64,000 bases of DNA, taken from Perna viridis (lineage: Eukaryota). Position 1 is the stretch's first letter; each line of letters opens with the position of its first letter. Below, piece after piece: positions 42,101-53,400 of the stretch. Under the pieces are notes generated by a model that saw nothing but the letters and a program-made list of their open reading frames with translations, was not told the DNA's origin and did no database searches. The stretch lies in the NCBI GenBank assembly GCA_037379345.1, contig CM074518.1, positions 6,820,001-6,884,000 of the forward strand. The letters are read 5' to 3'. The position numbers and the translations under genes are program-made.

Positions 42101-44611
42101 TAGAGATTCCTCATACATGTACTTCGTAAGAAATAATTCTAAATCATCTTCCAAATATACAGAGGAAAATGTTTACAAAATGCTGGAATTTTTAATCGAC
42201 AACATATTTGTCCAGTGTGGTGGACGTGTTTTCAACAAACGGTCGACATTCCAATGGGAACAAATTGTGCTCGTTTACTTGCTGACCTATTCCTTCACTC
42301 TTATGAGGCTGACTTTATAGCTGGTCTGATCCAAAATAAAGAATGTCGTTTGGCTAGATCCTTTAATCTCAGTTTCCGCTATATAGATTACGTATTATCT
42401 TTAAACAATCCTAATTTCAGGGATTTGATACATCACATCTACCCAAAAGAACTTGAGATAAAGGATACTACAGACACTGTGAAGTCAGCCTCATATCTTG
42501 ACCTACACTTAGAAATTGATGGTAAAGGAAAACTATTGACCAAACTTTACGACAAACGTGATGACTTTTCATTCAACTTTCCTTTCATCTGTGGCAACAT
42601 CCCTTCAGCACCTGCATATGGAGTGTTCATATCACAACTCATATGTTATGCCAAAGCTTGCTGAAACTACACAGACTTTTTGTATCACGCTAAAACTCTA
42701 ACAAATAGGTTTTTGGAACAGGGTTATGTTGCTACAAGATTGAAGTCATCACTACAGAAGTTTTATGGTCGTCATCATGAACTCGTGGATTGTTATGGTG
42801 TATCCATCAGCACCCATTAATTTATTCAATGGGTCATAGTTTTCCTTTCCTCGTTTGTCTACCCCAGACTTGACTTTTTATGAGCAACTCGACAGGTTTT
42901 TCTATAAAAGCAGAGGACGTATACCCTACCGGTGCACCTGGTCCATGCTCCCAGTTTTAGTGGAGTCCTATTTGTATGACCCCATACATGCAACTCAAAA
43001 ATATAATATCCAAAAAATTTTAAATATCACAAAGGAGCTTATGCTAATAGAAATAAACTATTCAACAAAGTTTCAGGACACTGCCTATAGCATTTTAAGG
43101 TTAATTCACAAAAATTAAAAATCCCCCCCACCACAACCGGACCATTATTCATGAATAAAGTCTAATATCTCATAAATAAAAAGTTGTTCATATGTTTTGT
43201 TACTTTGTACGTATGATTTTAGTTACTTTAAGTTCTTTGTTGTGTATGCCTGTTTTCCATCTCTGGTCTTTGTCCCTGGATTACATTCTTTTGATTACTC
43301 TTTCAATAAAAGAGAGCCTTTATGGTCAAAAGTATACCAACTGTGTCAGAAACAAAGCATAACATAAAGATACAGTTTTTCATTGATGATAACATATTAC
43401 AAAATGTTTTGCATGCTTACACAAAATGTAACCCTTTCTCTTGAAGCCACAGTCACGTGATGAGACTTACACACACTATATGCACTAGGCATGGCCTATA
43501 AAAGAGAGCACTGTGAAATTTACCATACTTGAATTTTATTTTACCCCCCACGAGCAGCTCCAGCAATATCCTTTTTTTAAGTTTATATTTTGTACATTTC
43601 CAGAACAATACTGTATATCCATTCTCCATGGAAGGTGGTATTAATATTTTACAGATAACCTTCGACGTAAACAAATGCACAATCCAAGATTTTAGACACA
43701 ACAAGAAGATAATGAATGCCTTTCGTGTCTTAAAAAAGCTATGCTTTGATTTGGATAATACGATCTAAGATAAATTTTTTTCTGAGGTAGGATAGGTTCT
43801 TAAAAAGACAGAGGAACAGAACAACAGAGACAGATACATACGTACATTTCCTGAACTACTTAAATAATATTCATTTCTTTTAATTAGAAAAAAATTAATA
43901 GAAAAGACCTCAAGATTTCCAGAAAATATTAACTTACATAGTGTTTTTACTGAGACATGATCTTCAATCATACATGTTTTTTTTTGTTCGGCTAAAGAAA
44001 ATGTTAAATTTTCTCCATAAAGGCAGTCAATTTTTATAGCTTCCGGGACATGGCATTCTTCATTGAAGCCAGAATTATTTTACTGATAAAATTATGAATA
44101 TTTGGAATACATTGTATCTTTTGTCAGCTCCCACAGATGAAATTATCCTAAATTAAATTTTGCACAAATTGTAAATATATTGTATATATGACAGGAAATC
44201 CATTTTATTTAAAAGGGAACCTATTCAAGGCTTAGTTTGCACTTAAAGCAAATGACTTCCTCATATTAACTGTAGACCTAACATCACTTTGTGATGCTCC
44301 CTATCGGCTATTTTTAAAAAGTAAACATTTCTACTATTTACTAGTATTATGACATACATGTAGCAATATCAAATTGTCGAACTACTTACATCTGACTTCC
44401 CGTCAGGACTGAAAAGGAATAAAAGTGTGGAAGTGACTATATTCAAAATCAATCCGACTATTGTCAACGTGTTTGGGGCCCATGTTTTTGGTATTTGCTC
44501 TACAAGCCACCTCCAATAAACTTGCATGTATGGTTCCACTAAAGACGTTCCACTCGCACTATACTTATGTTCCTTCAATTTTTTCAGTTGTGTTTGACTA
44601 AGTGTTTCCAT
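30141..44611 (-). CDS. CEPT1: Choline/ethanolamine phosphotransferase (CDP-alcohol phosphatidyltransferase, CEPT1/CHPT1 family), 8 exons, 383 aa
   Basis: Exons: 44611-44390, 39747-39600, 34552-34411, 33945-33861, 33245-33114, 32575-32417, 30680-30555, 30278-30141. All are GT-AG and phase-consistent, totalling 1152 nt. Motifs: [17 protein letters not shown], the catalytic [60 protein letters not shown] and [10 protein letters not shown] cannot resolve CEPT1 versus CHPT1 orthology by eye. Confidence 0.93.
31580..32320 (+). mobile_element. Old retroelement 3' end (probably another Penelope-like family)
   Basis: Reads [36 protein letters not shown], followed by a T-rich tail containing GCCTGTTCCAAGTCAGGAAT. 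It resembles bivalve PLE C-termini as I recall them. Confidence 0.45.
35480..36135 (-). mobile_element. Highly decayed Penelope-like RT C-terminal region and tail
   Basis: Minus-strand translation pieces [16 protein letters not shown] and [10 protein letters not shown] correspond to FGDLIHRIY, IVNFPF and [10 protein letters not shown] of the younger copies. Confidence 0.55.
37143..37507. repeat. Minisatellite: 21-bp monomers plus a 48-bp higher-order repeat
   Basis: GTACATTATACTTCAAAGTCA monomers flank ~4.5 near-perfect copies of TTAGAAGTCRGTACATTATACTTCAAAGTCAATAGATACAYGTAAAAC. Confidence 0.9.
38540..39362. mobile_element. Helentron/pearl-like non-autonomous element in CEPT1 intron 2
   Basis: Internal degenerate repeats (ATAA..AA.CAAAGTTTCA) are followed by GGATGGACAGAC and a terminal GCCCTGTCTTAAATGACTGGTGTATAAAAA. 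Confidence 0.6.
40205..40500 (+). mobile_element. Internally deleted Penelope-like fragment
   Basis: [10 protein letters not shown] and [14 protein letters not shown] are joined to a degenerate 3' tail (TGGTCCATGCT..GTGGAGTC..TGCTCATTTACTTTTG). Confidence 0.7.
40885..43301 (+). mobile_element. Longest Penelope-like retroelement copy (linker + RT + thumb + tail), disabled, antisense in CEPT1 intron 1
   Basis: Broken ORFs contain [71 protein letters not shown] and LYDKRDDF. There are multiple frameshifts and stops. The tail is interrupted at 42969-43180. Confidence 0.92.
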
Positions 44612-44699
44612 TGTTGCTTTGTACAAAGAGAACACTGTATCAAGTTTATGTTAAATTGCGACTTTTCAGATCCAAAACACGGTTCAAAGTACTATCAGT

Positions 44700-44750
44700 A
44701 AACAAAACAGTTCACTTCCTGTAAGTCATGCGCATTCACATACGTCATTC
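44700..44750 (-). promoter_or_regulatory. Putative TATA-less housekeeping core promoter of CEPT1
   Basis: An ETS-like ACTTCCTGT (44714-22), an NRF1-like ATGCGCAT (44728-35) and a CRE-like TACGTCAT (44741-48) cluster 100-140 nt upstream of the ATG. Confidence 0.5.
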
Positions 44751-45064
44751 TTCGAACGTTTTACTATTTTATATTAAATGACTCACTTAGTTTTTTCATA
44801 GAACTTTATTTTTGCAAATGCATTAGCTGTCTATTTAAGCAGTATGTATAGGTATTCCTATAAGGGAAAAACATCCTACTGTAGAGCAAACCTCAAATGC
44901 CTTTCACCCCATAGCATATTATACAAATAATAATTTATCATACTTTATAAACATACTCATGTACACAATTGCATATTCTTTTTTTTTTTTTTTATCAAAT
45001 ACGGTTGTTACTGAATCGCATATACATGTTTGTATGGTTATTGTGTCCTTATAATTATTATAGC

Positions 45065-45330
45065 CAGGGGCGTAGCTAGGCCTGTTTTAGTTGTACGCAA
45101 ATTTCGGGGTCTTGGGGGAGGGGTCGCTCAAGGCCCCCAGTGAGTCCGGCAAGGCAAAGCCCTGAGGGAAACCCCTGAATTTTAATGATTTTGGAGCCAG
45201 TTTTTCAGAGCCTATACTACGGTCATGGTATGCATATGTGATAAATAACCTTTATTTCATCTTTAAAATGTGTGTTCTTATTTTTGTAACTTTTTCCGAA
45301 AGTACGCAACTGCGTATTTGCGTATAGGCT
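45065..45330. mobile_element. hAT-like MITE, one end degraded
   Basis: Starts CAGGGGCGTAGCTAGG and has a GC-rich GGGGTCTTGGGGGAGGGG..CCCCCAG core. The right TIR is not intact. Confidence 0.5.
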
Positions 45331-45934
45331 AAAAATATATGCATTGCCTTGCTCAGAAAGCTTAGAGGCTAAAAACCATTAATTCCACTTCCCATAGGCT
45401 TTTATGCTAATTTCACAATATTCAATGGATTCTCTGGACTTTACCTTAACTTTAACCTGCAGAGAACTATATATCAGCATGATTCTACATATGTCAGCTC
45501 ACAATCCTCAGAATGGCATGTGGGGTTAGCAGACTTGCAGTGCAGTACTGGTCACCGGAAGTGAAGTGTCTATAAATAGCATGGGAAATCCCAGTGTTTT
45601 CACAAGATAGGGGTATACTTAAAAATCATTATGGAGATTAGGCTTCACATCACAAGAAGCAAAATGCACCTATAAAATGTACAGAAATGTTTTTCCTTTC
45701 AGAAACCGTTTAAATTTTTTAAATAAGATGAGAACTTTTTTCACAGCACTATGAGGAACAGGGGTAATTTCTGCGTAGGACTATTTTTGCGTACGTTCCA
45801 AATGCTCATTGGTTGAATTGCTGGTCTGTAACCTATAGGCAGCTATTGTCTTGTCAATTTAACGCGTGAAAATAACAAATTATCCAATAAAAAGGATGGT
45901 TGCCAACCCCTGGATCCGCCATTGTCGTTACAAT

Positions 45935-46945
45935 TAATTTTGCGATTATTGGATACTGTAATTAATAATGTTCTTTCTGATGAGAAAACATTCATACGAG
46001 GTTCCGAGGAAATTCAGTCTCGTATGAATATTAAAGCAAATCGCCTATGAGAGGAGCACTGTTAGTGCCCATTGGAATACCGATTTGCATACAAATTTGT
46101 TATCAATGAGGAAATTAAGCATATCGTACGTCTGCTTTTCTATGTAGCACACTTTGCCCTCTTGCGATGTTCTCAAAAAATATGTGGATTTGTATCCGAG
46201 AACAACAAAATTTGTAGAAACAGCAAAAGATTTACGAATAAGTCCTTTAAAACTTGATTACAATTTTTCGTGTGCCAAAGCATGTAAAGAGTTGAAAAGT
46301 CAAAAGTTTGGAGAGAACCTATTTCCGAAAAGCTGCGGGATTTTAGGTTTTGAAGTAAATCTTGAGAACTTTTAAAAATTCACATATGATTAATACCACT
46401 ACGAGATTATGTGGTATTGCAACTAGCTTATTGTCCATCCTTCACTGCGGACAATATTTTTGTAAGGTGAAGTAATATTGACCTTTCCTTCGTGGAGCAA
46501 GATGAAGATCCAGCTATGTACCCTCCTTTGTATATATTTTTATGAAGTTTGGGAATCCAATAAAAGTAAGGTAAATCCTCATATTTTGTTCCGATGTTGA
46601 GGGAAGATATGAAGGATTTATGGTTTAGGATTTCATCTTTGTCAAAAGTAGTACGTTTGTATGTGCATTATCTGGAATGTTATTATCAATGCCCAATTCC
46701 TTATAAGGCATATTGATGTAATGGGCTTTACCAACAAATGCAATGTTGTTTGAAGCTTTGTCCACAAGCACGATGACATATTTCTCATGTAGAGAGAAAA
46801 GGCATTCATGTGCCTCACGATCGTTGAACAGGCAAGTTCGGGGTAGACGAAAGAGGAAAGGAAAATTATGATATGTTGAACAAGTCGGTTCTCACGGCGC
46901 AGATGGATATACCGTAACGATCCACGAGTTTATGATAACGACTTC
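45935..46945 (-). mobile_element. Decayed Penelope-like RT of a divergent subfamily, preceded by a 3'-end piece of the young family
   Basis: 46945-46835 encodes LVDRYGISICAVRTDLFNIS*. 46830-45935 encodes [65 protein letters not shown] and YSYETEF. Confidence 0.85.
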
Positions 46946-47904
46946 TGTAGTGATTACTTCAATCTTGTAGCAACATAACCCTGTTCCGGAATGTAGTCTG
47001 CATTTGCACCGGATCTTTCCCTCCTGTCTGAACTTGTACATGAGCCATTGCCTTTGAAAAGCGGGACGTATATAGTGATCATGGTGTCCGTCCATTCGTC
47101 TATCTACAGTTCTAATCCGCAATTCCTAGCTCTGAAACCACTGGATGGAATTTGAGGCAACTTTTACACATTCTTTATTTCATGATGCCAATGTGCACCT
47201 TCTATTTTGGTGTTTTCTTTTTGATTGGCTTTAGGGGTTTTCTGATGCAAACCATGGACTTCATCATTGGTCGAGCAACTCCTCTAGATCTGAAACCGTT
47301 GAATGGAATTTGATACAAAACTTTCACTGATTCTTCATCACATGATGACATTGTGCACTCATGTTTTGTTTAAAGCATTAAATCACTTATGGAGTTCTCT
47401 ATATGGTTTATGGGAAACGGAGCGATGGAATCACCTAGTAAGCTTAGCTCAGTTTTCCAAATTAATCTTTAGTAATTTTAAAGTTAGCTCTTATAAATTA
47501 GGGTAAATGTGTGATGATGCCTTTTTCGTACTAGTATTTGTCGTTTCAGGGGCCCGTCGAAGGTCGACTCCATTGTGAGAAAAAAATTAAATCGTTGGAG
47601 GCCTGTAGACCTTTTTCAAGGGTTAATTCTTGTCTCTTTGAGAAAGTCCCATTTCCACATTCTTCGGTATTTGGAATAGCTTTGACCTTTGATACGCTTC
47701 CGTACAATTACGTCGTTACACATGAATTATATTATTGCCTTTCTGTTATGAAATAAATAGCGGGTATATCGTATTTCGTTACACTAAAAATATTTAACTT
47801 GTCACCACAAGATTTTTGTAGTGAATCATTAATATGTCGACAAATATTCCCCGATTCAGACAGGGAGTTATGAAGACAGAACCAGATTGCTGAACAAAAA
47901 TGCG

Positions 47905-48753
47905 AATATTGGAAACTGTTGTTTTGCCTATGCCAAATTTCTCGCTTAAAGATTTCTGAGATGGTTTAGGATACTTTTCAGACTCTTTTATCAAATTATT
48001 TTTGTCTTTAAGAGTAAGTTCAAGGCGGCGACGTTTAGCAGGCGGTTTAGACATTTTAACATGAAATGAATACTTTTAGCAGTAACTGAACTAGCAAGTA
48101 AAACGAAATATTTAGTTATGATTTTAATTTATTAACGCTCAAAATTTATAGCCAAATGAAATGAAACCATAAATTTAATTTAATTTACTCATAAGACAAA
48201 AGAATGCACCGCGGTCGGAAAAATTGTTTAAATCAAATGAAGTTTGCTTTTACAAAACCGTTTGATATTCAAGGGTTTAAAAACAAATTAAAAATATACA
48301 TGTGGTAAACCACGCCGATCATTGTGTGTGCAAGCTAAATTGCCTTTTAATCATTATCTTAACAAGCCGATTTGTTTTAATTATTATGTTTTGATGTTTG
48401 ATAATTACATTTAATTACGATTTGCACCCGTATGACATGTTTACGTAACAAGGTAAATAGTGCGGCGGCAATGGTTTACATGTGAAATATGTCAATCAAT
48501 AATCAATACACAGAGTGACAGGTAACACGGTTCACCGATTTCTCAGGTAAACAGATTTTGTTTTAAGAGGTCAATATTGTATGAAAACATGTTTCGTCCC
48601 AGAATGTACGGCCGGAATTCGGAATTTAGAGGGGCCGGTATTCAGATGACTTTTTTACTTGAATATATAGGCGTTAATTCTGGACCAAAAATAAATGTAC
48701 GGTTTTCAGAGGAATCCGGTTTTCAGAGGGGCCGGTTTATGGGGTTTCCACTG
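47905..48753 (-). mobile_element. Truncated pogo/Tigger transposon (5' TIR plus CENP-B/psq-type HTH of the transposase)
   Basis: TA|CAGTGGAAACCCC TIR at 48753 with repeated CTCTGAAAACCG subterminal motifs. The ORF from 48054 reads MSKPPAKRRRLELTLKDKNNLIKESEKYPKPSQKSLSEKFGIGKTTVSNI, after which homology is lost. Confidence 0.85.
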
Positions 48754-49574
48754 TATGCGAATCTGCTATCGTTACTTATATTACAAGTTTTGTAATTATA
48801 CATTCTAAGATTCTTACTAATTCAAGACTCATAGATCAAATCCCATTGAAAGTAGCAATTCAGACAGTTAAGGAAACCTCTGTTTTAGTGTCCTTTATTA
48901 TTGGATATAGTTGATACAGTAACTTCCCAAATCAATCTCAGTCCACCCACCCCTTTTGTGCTACGGAATTATGAAATCATGCAGTACATCATATTTTATG
49001 GTCAGGAAACCAATATTTATATGTCAACGGATGATGATGACAACGACTAGGAACGCAAGTTCAACGTGTTTTGTTTATGAAAATGAAGTTCTGTATAATT
49101 GTCGCGGAAGTTGTACTGTACATTATGTATGTATATAGAGAGCAATACGAACAGATATGCCCTTTAAACATGTATAAACCTGAAATCGGAGTATCTTCTA
49201 TAGCTATCCAACAATAATTATCTTCCTTCCTTCTTGGAGGAAGACATCAGACAATGTTGTATGTATGTGAACAATTTTTTTTCTAACTATTCAGTGCAAT
49301 ATCATTGTCACAGATTTTAAAATAAATAAAATGTTTCGAAGGGCGTAGCTTGGTGTGAACACTGAGGTTGAAGCCTTAACAGTTGGGGCAAGTATGAATA
49401 AAACATTCAAGTTTGACACAGATCTGAATTTGGATTACAATTAAACATTTGACACAGAAATATGAATGACCCCCTACTCCTTCAAAATCAAGTATTGCCT
49501 TCTTTTTGTGGTATGACACCTTCTGATTCAGTATCAAAGGGATTCTTTCACTCTTACTCAAGTTACTGTCTCAA

Positions 49575-49765
49575 CATCAGGAAAATGTTTGTTTCTGTGG
49601 CCCTTTAATCCTAAACAGTTCAAGTCACAATCCCTAAAATCAACCCAAGCCTTTCTTTAGTGGTATGACAGCATTTTTGAGTTATTGTGTGAATTGTGAA
49701 CGACAAACAGACAGACACTGACATACCATAATATGTCCCTTCTTAAAAGATGAGTTATAAAAAAT
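49575..49765. repeat. Composite fragment of non-autonomous repeats
   Basis: The left part matches the 1-210 family. The right part, GACAGACACTGACATACCATAATATGTCCC..ATAAAAA, matches 39305-39360. Confidence 0.55.
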
Positions 49766-50030
49766 GATTTATAAAGTGAAATTTCTAAGGTCCTTAATTC
49801 CAAAACAGGAGTGACCATAACACCATAAATCAACACCCATTCCCTATAATGGTTTGTACCTTTGATGTAAAATTTTATCTAGATACATCAACTATCATTC
49901 AAGTTATTACAAAACAAATCAAGTTTATATAGATGATGATGACAACAGCACCATACCATTATAAGACTCTAAATATTCTGCAGAGATATGAAAATAAAGG
50001 ACTAACAAATAACATTTACTTAATCAAAAG

Positions 50031-50036
50031 TTTATT
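50031..50036 (-). terminator. Candidate polyadenylation signal of ZC3H11A
   Basis: AATAAA on the minus strand ~390 nt after the stop codon, followed by a GU/U-rich stretch. Confidence 0.5.
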
Positions 50037-50425
50037 CAAGATATCACAATCTTAATATCTAAATACAACTATACATTGTTCAATCTGATATTTAAAATCA
50101 ATAACAAATGATTTTTTTACCAATTTTTAACTGATTGCACTAAATGATAACAGCACTGTGTTCATGATAATGAATAAAAACGCACAACATGATTAAATAA
50201 TGTCAATTTATCTGCTTCAAACACCTACAAGAGAAATTACAAATTTACAAATAATTCATGGGATGGCTTAAAATATCTAAACTCATTTTCCGCATGGGTA
50301 AAACATACAGTAAACATCATTATATTTTTATATTCTTGTCTTTACATACTCTCACAGTTTTTTCAATATTTCCACTTCATCAATGTAAAAGTTATATATA
50401 TGATCAGATATCCCATCAGATGGGT

Positions 50426-53400
50426 CTATGCCAAAAGTTCATCTATTTCTCTCAGAAGATCATCATCATCTGCTGTATCTCCTTCTACTGTCAGTTCCAA
50501 GTCCTCTTTACTGAACTCTAACCATGAGTCATCGCTCTTCTTTCTGGAAGGTGGTCTGAAAAATATACTTTATATAGTACTGAACCAAACTGTAAATTAA
50601 CCTTGAAAATAAAATTCAGAAAATTTACATGAAGTCCAAGAATTTTTGTTATAATGTCAGTTAAGATAATACTACAGTTTTTATCAAACCATATTATGTA
50701 AACATTTGTTGATTCCTATTACTGCAAAGATGATTTTATGAAGTCAACAAACAAAGCAGAAAGTGGGAAAATCGGAAGTAAGTATACAGTAAAAAAAGAA
50801 TAGTAACGGTCAAATCTGGATTTGAAATAGCGGAAATCAACTAAAAAACAAAAGAAAATCATCCCGGTGTTAGAAAGTCACTATTTTGGATAGTTATGAA
50901 AAACATTACATATTATCTGTAATGTTATCATTTATCCTTGTTCATTGATTTTATACAATCACCTAATGTCTTTATTTTGTTTATATGCCCCTTGTGGGCC
51001 TCTGATTTGGATGAATAAAAATCTTGAAATCTATAGGACAAGACTTAACAAAAGAACAGTAAGCAGGAAAGACAGCAGTATAACTTACAAATTGATTATT
51101 TTCTGCTCAGAATCATCAGGTGTAACTGATGATAGGAGATCTGTGTGGTCCGATGTTAACTCAGGTTTCTTCTTTTCAGGTTTATCTGGCATGATGAAAT
51201 CTAATGAGTCTAAAAGACTATCTCTCCTGTTGGATAAATCTGGCATCACTTCAGATGGTTTGACCTCTGTTGTTTTGACAGTTGCCTCAGATCCTTTCTC
51301 TGTAAACAAGATTTAGGAGTAATTATCATAGATAGTTCCAGCTCAGTGAACTGATTATCATTAGTAAGAATAAAACTGACTATTCATAATTTCAGTAAGA
51401 CAACCAATAACTTTCACACTTCTGTGTGTTCAGGTAGAACTGGTAAAATTATTTTCTGTATCCGTTTCTTTCAATGAAAAAATAATTACAGGTAAAAAGT
51501 TAAACTCAAAATGACTTATGAAAAGTGAATAATTTGTTTAAATACTGGTCAAAAAGAAGCATTGAGACATTTAACTTTGGAATTATTTTGGAGATTTTAG
51601 AAAATTAAGTAAAAAAATAAGATGAAAGACTAAGTTCTATTAAGGGCTATTTCATAAAAAAGTGTGTTCCGGGAGCAGAACGTGCATGATATTTTCGGAT
51701 ACCATCAATACATCAAAATTAAGATGCGATACATTTGTCTTATAAGAAAAGCATTAATTTTATCCTCTACCAGCACATTAATAAATTAACTTAGTTCTGC
51801 CCCCAGAAAATTATTTGTTTCTGGAATAGCCACAACAGGGGTTAGTCATGCCATCACAGAAAAGGGTTAAGGTTAGTTAAATAACAATAAAAATAATTTG
51901 ATATTGACCAATTTGATGTTACCTTAATCACAAGGTGAAGACTACTGGTAATTAACTCCACAGTAGGGACAATTTTGCAAACTGTTTTTTAATTATTTCC
52001 TAAAACCCTAAATAATTCTAAATTCAAATAATACCTTGTTTAAGTGTTGTATCCCACGATGATCATCGTTTTGAGATTTCACAGATAATTTTTAAAAATT
52101 ATAATGAAACAAAACAATAACAATGAATGAAATCAGTGGCCAACTTTTTTACTGGTGAATTCATTTTGTGAGTGTAAACTGAACTTTCAGATAATGCAAT
52201 TACAATTTCAGTAATTTACACAAACCAATCAAAGTTCGAAAATCAAGCATGTGGGAATTTAAAGTTAAATATTACCATTTTCTTTATCTTTCTTCAATTT
52301 CTTCTTCACTGCCTTTTCTTCAGCTTTAGCCTTCTTCTCTCTTTGTTTTTCCAATTTCTTCCTCTTTTCCTCCATTATCTGAGAATATGTTTTTATGGTT
52401 TCTGACTCAGAATTCTGTCAAATAAAAACAAAAAAATAATTGATTAACTATAAATAGTTACTGCTACATGTACAATGTAAACAGTTGGTGAAATATTTGA
52501 TGTCTCTATAACTAATACATGTATCAGTACATGTAGATAATAACGGAGACATATTGAAAGTTAAACTAGATCTAACATGTCTGGACCATCATTTCACGGT
52601 GGACAGAAAACCATAAAAAATAGTACACATGAAATTGATTTTTAACACTATACAACTATTTCATTTTTTTGAAACAGTGAATATGTTCACTTGACAGAAT
52701 CCATGAAAATTAGCAACAGCAAAAATTACGTCTACAGTAACTACATTCAACATGCTAAAAATTAAAGAAATTTTTTTTCTTCCAATTTGTCCATAACATA
52801 GGAGTTGCACATTTTTAATATGTAAATGAACAATGCTTAAAATTTTATTGACTAGTATATATGGCTCTCATAATACTTCTTGAGTCACAGATTAGACAAA
52901 ATAGGTTAACTTAAGTGTCACTGGTGGACATACAGTCAGAAGGATGAAGTTTATGTAGATGGATAAAAATACAAAGTGAGCACTTCACTGGAACTCATAA
53001 GAACAACAAAAATGGGAGAGCAAGGAGCACTTGAAAAAGAGGGCTGCAACATAATCTGTGGAAAAGCTTGGAAAGAGGCTCTGTGGTAGCAAATGAGGGG
53101 TGTGGAGGAAAAGCCAATACAGTACGCTGATGTCCATAATTGGATGAAGTTTATCAGGTGAAGTAAACTAATACATGTAAAATTTCATTTTTACATTCAT
53201 TAGACATTATTCTACAATAAACACAATAAATGTAACAAGAACTTGACAATATCAGGACAGTTATAAAGAACTTGACAATATCAGGACAGTTATAAAGCAG
53301 ACCTTTTCTTTGTGCTTTTTACTAGGCTTTGGTGGAGTGATTTCTTCTTCTTGGTCATCATATGAAGCTGCTGCTAAAAAAGATAAAATATTTTTATCAC

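Noticed and set aside
41325-42664. In-frame TGA codons in the Penelope ORF as possible selenocysteine
   Set aside because: The TGA at 42662 is CGA in the 23.6 kb copy, consistent with CpG decay. The TGA at 41325 sits where Trp is expected (YARKWIKRE). The copy has many other lesions.
45966-46030. Hammerhead-like words (TC..CTGATGA-GAAA closed by AATGT/ACATT) and the ATTCATACGAG/CTCGTATGAAT hairpin
   Set aside because: Stems I and II of a hammerhead are absent, and the stretch lies within decayed Penelope RT coding sequence (YSYETEF) on the minus strand.
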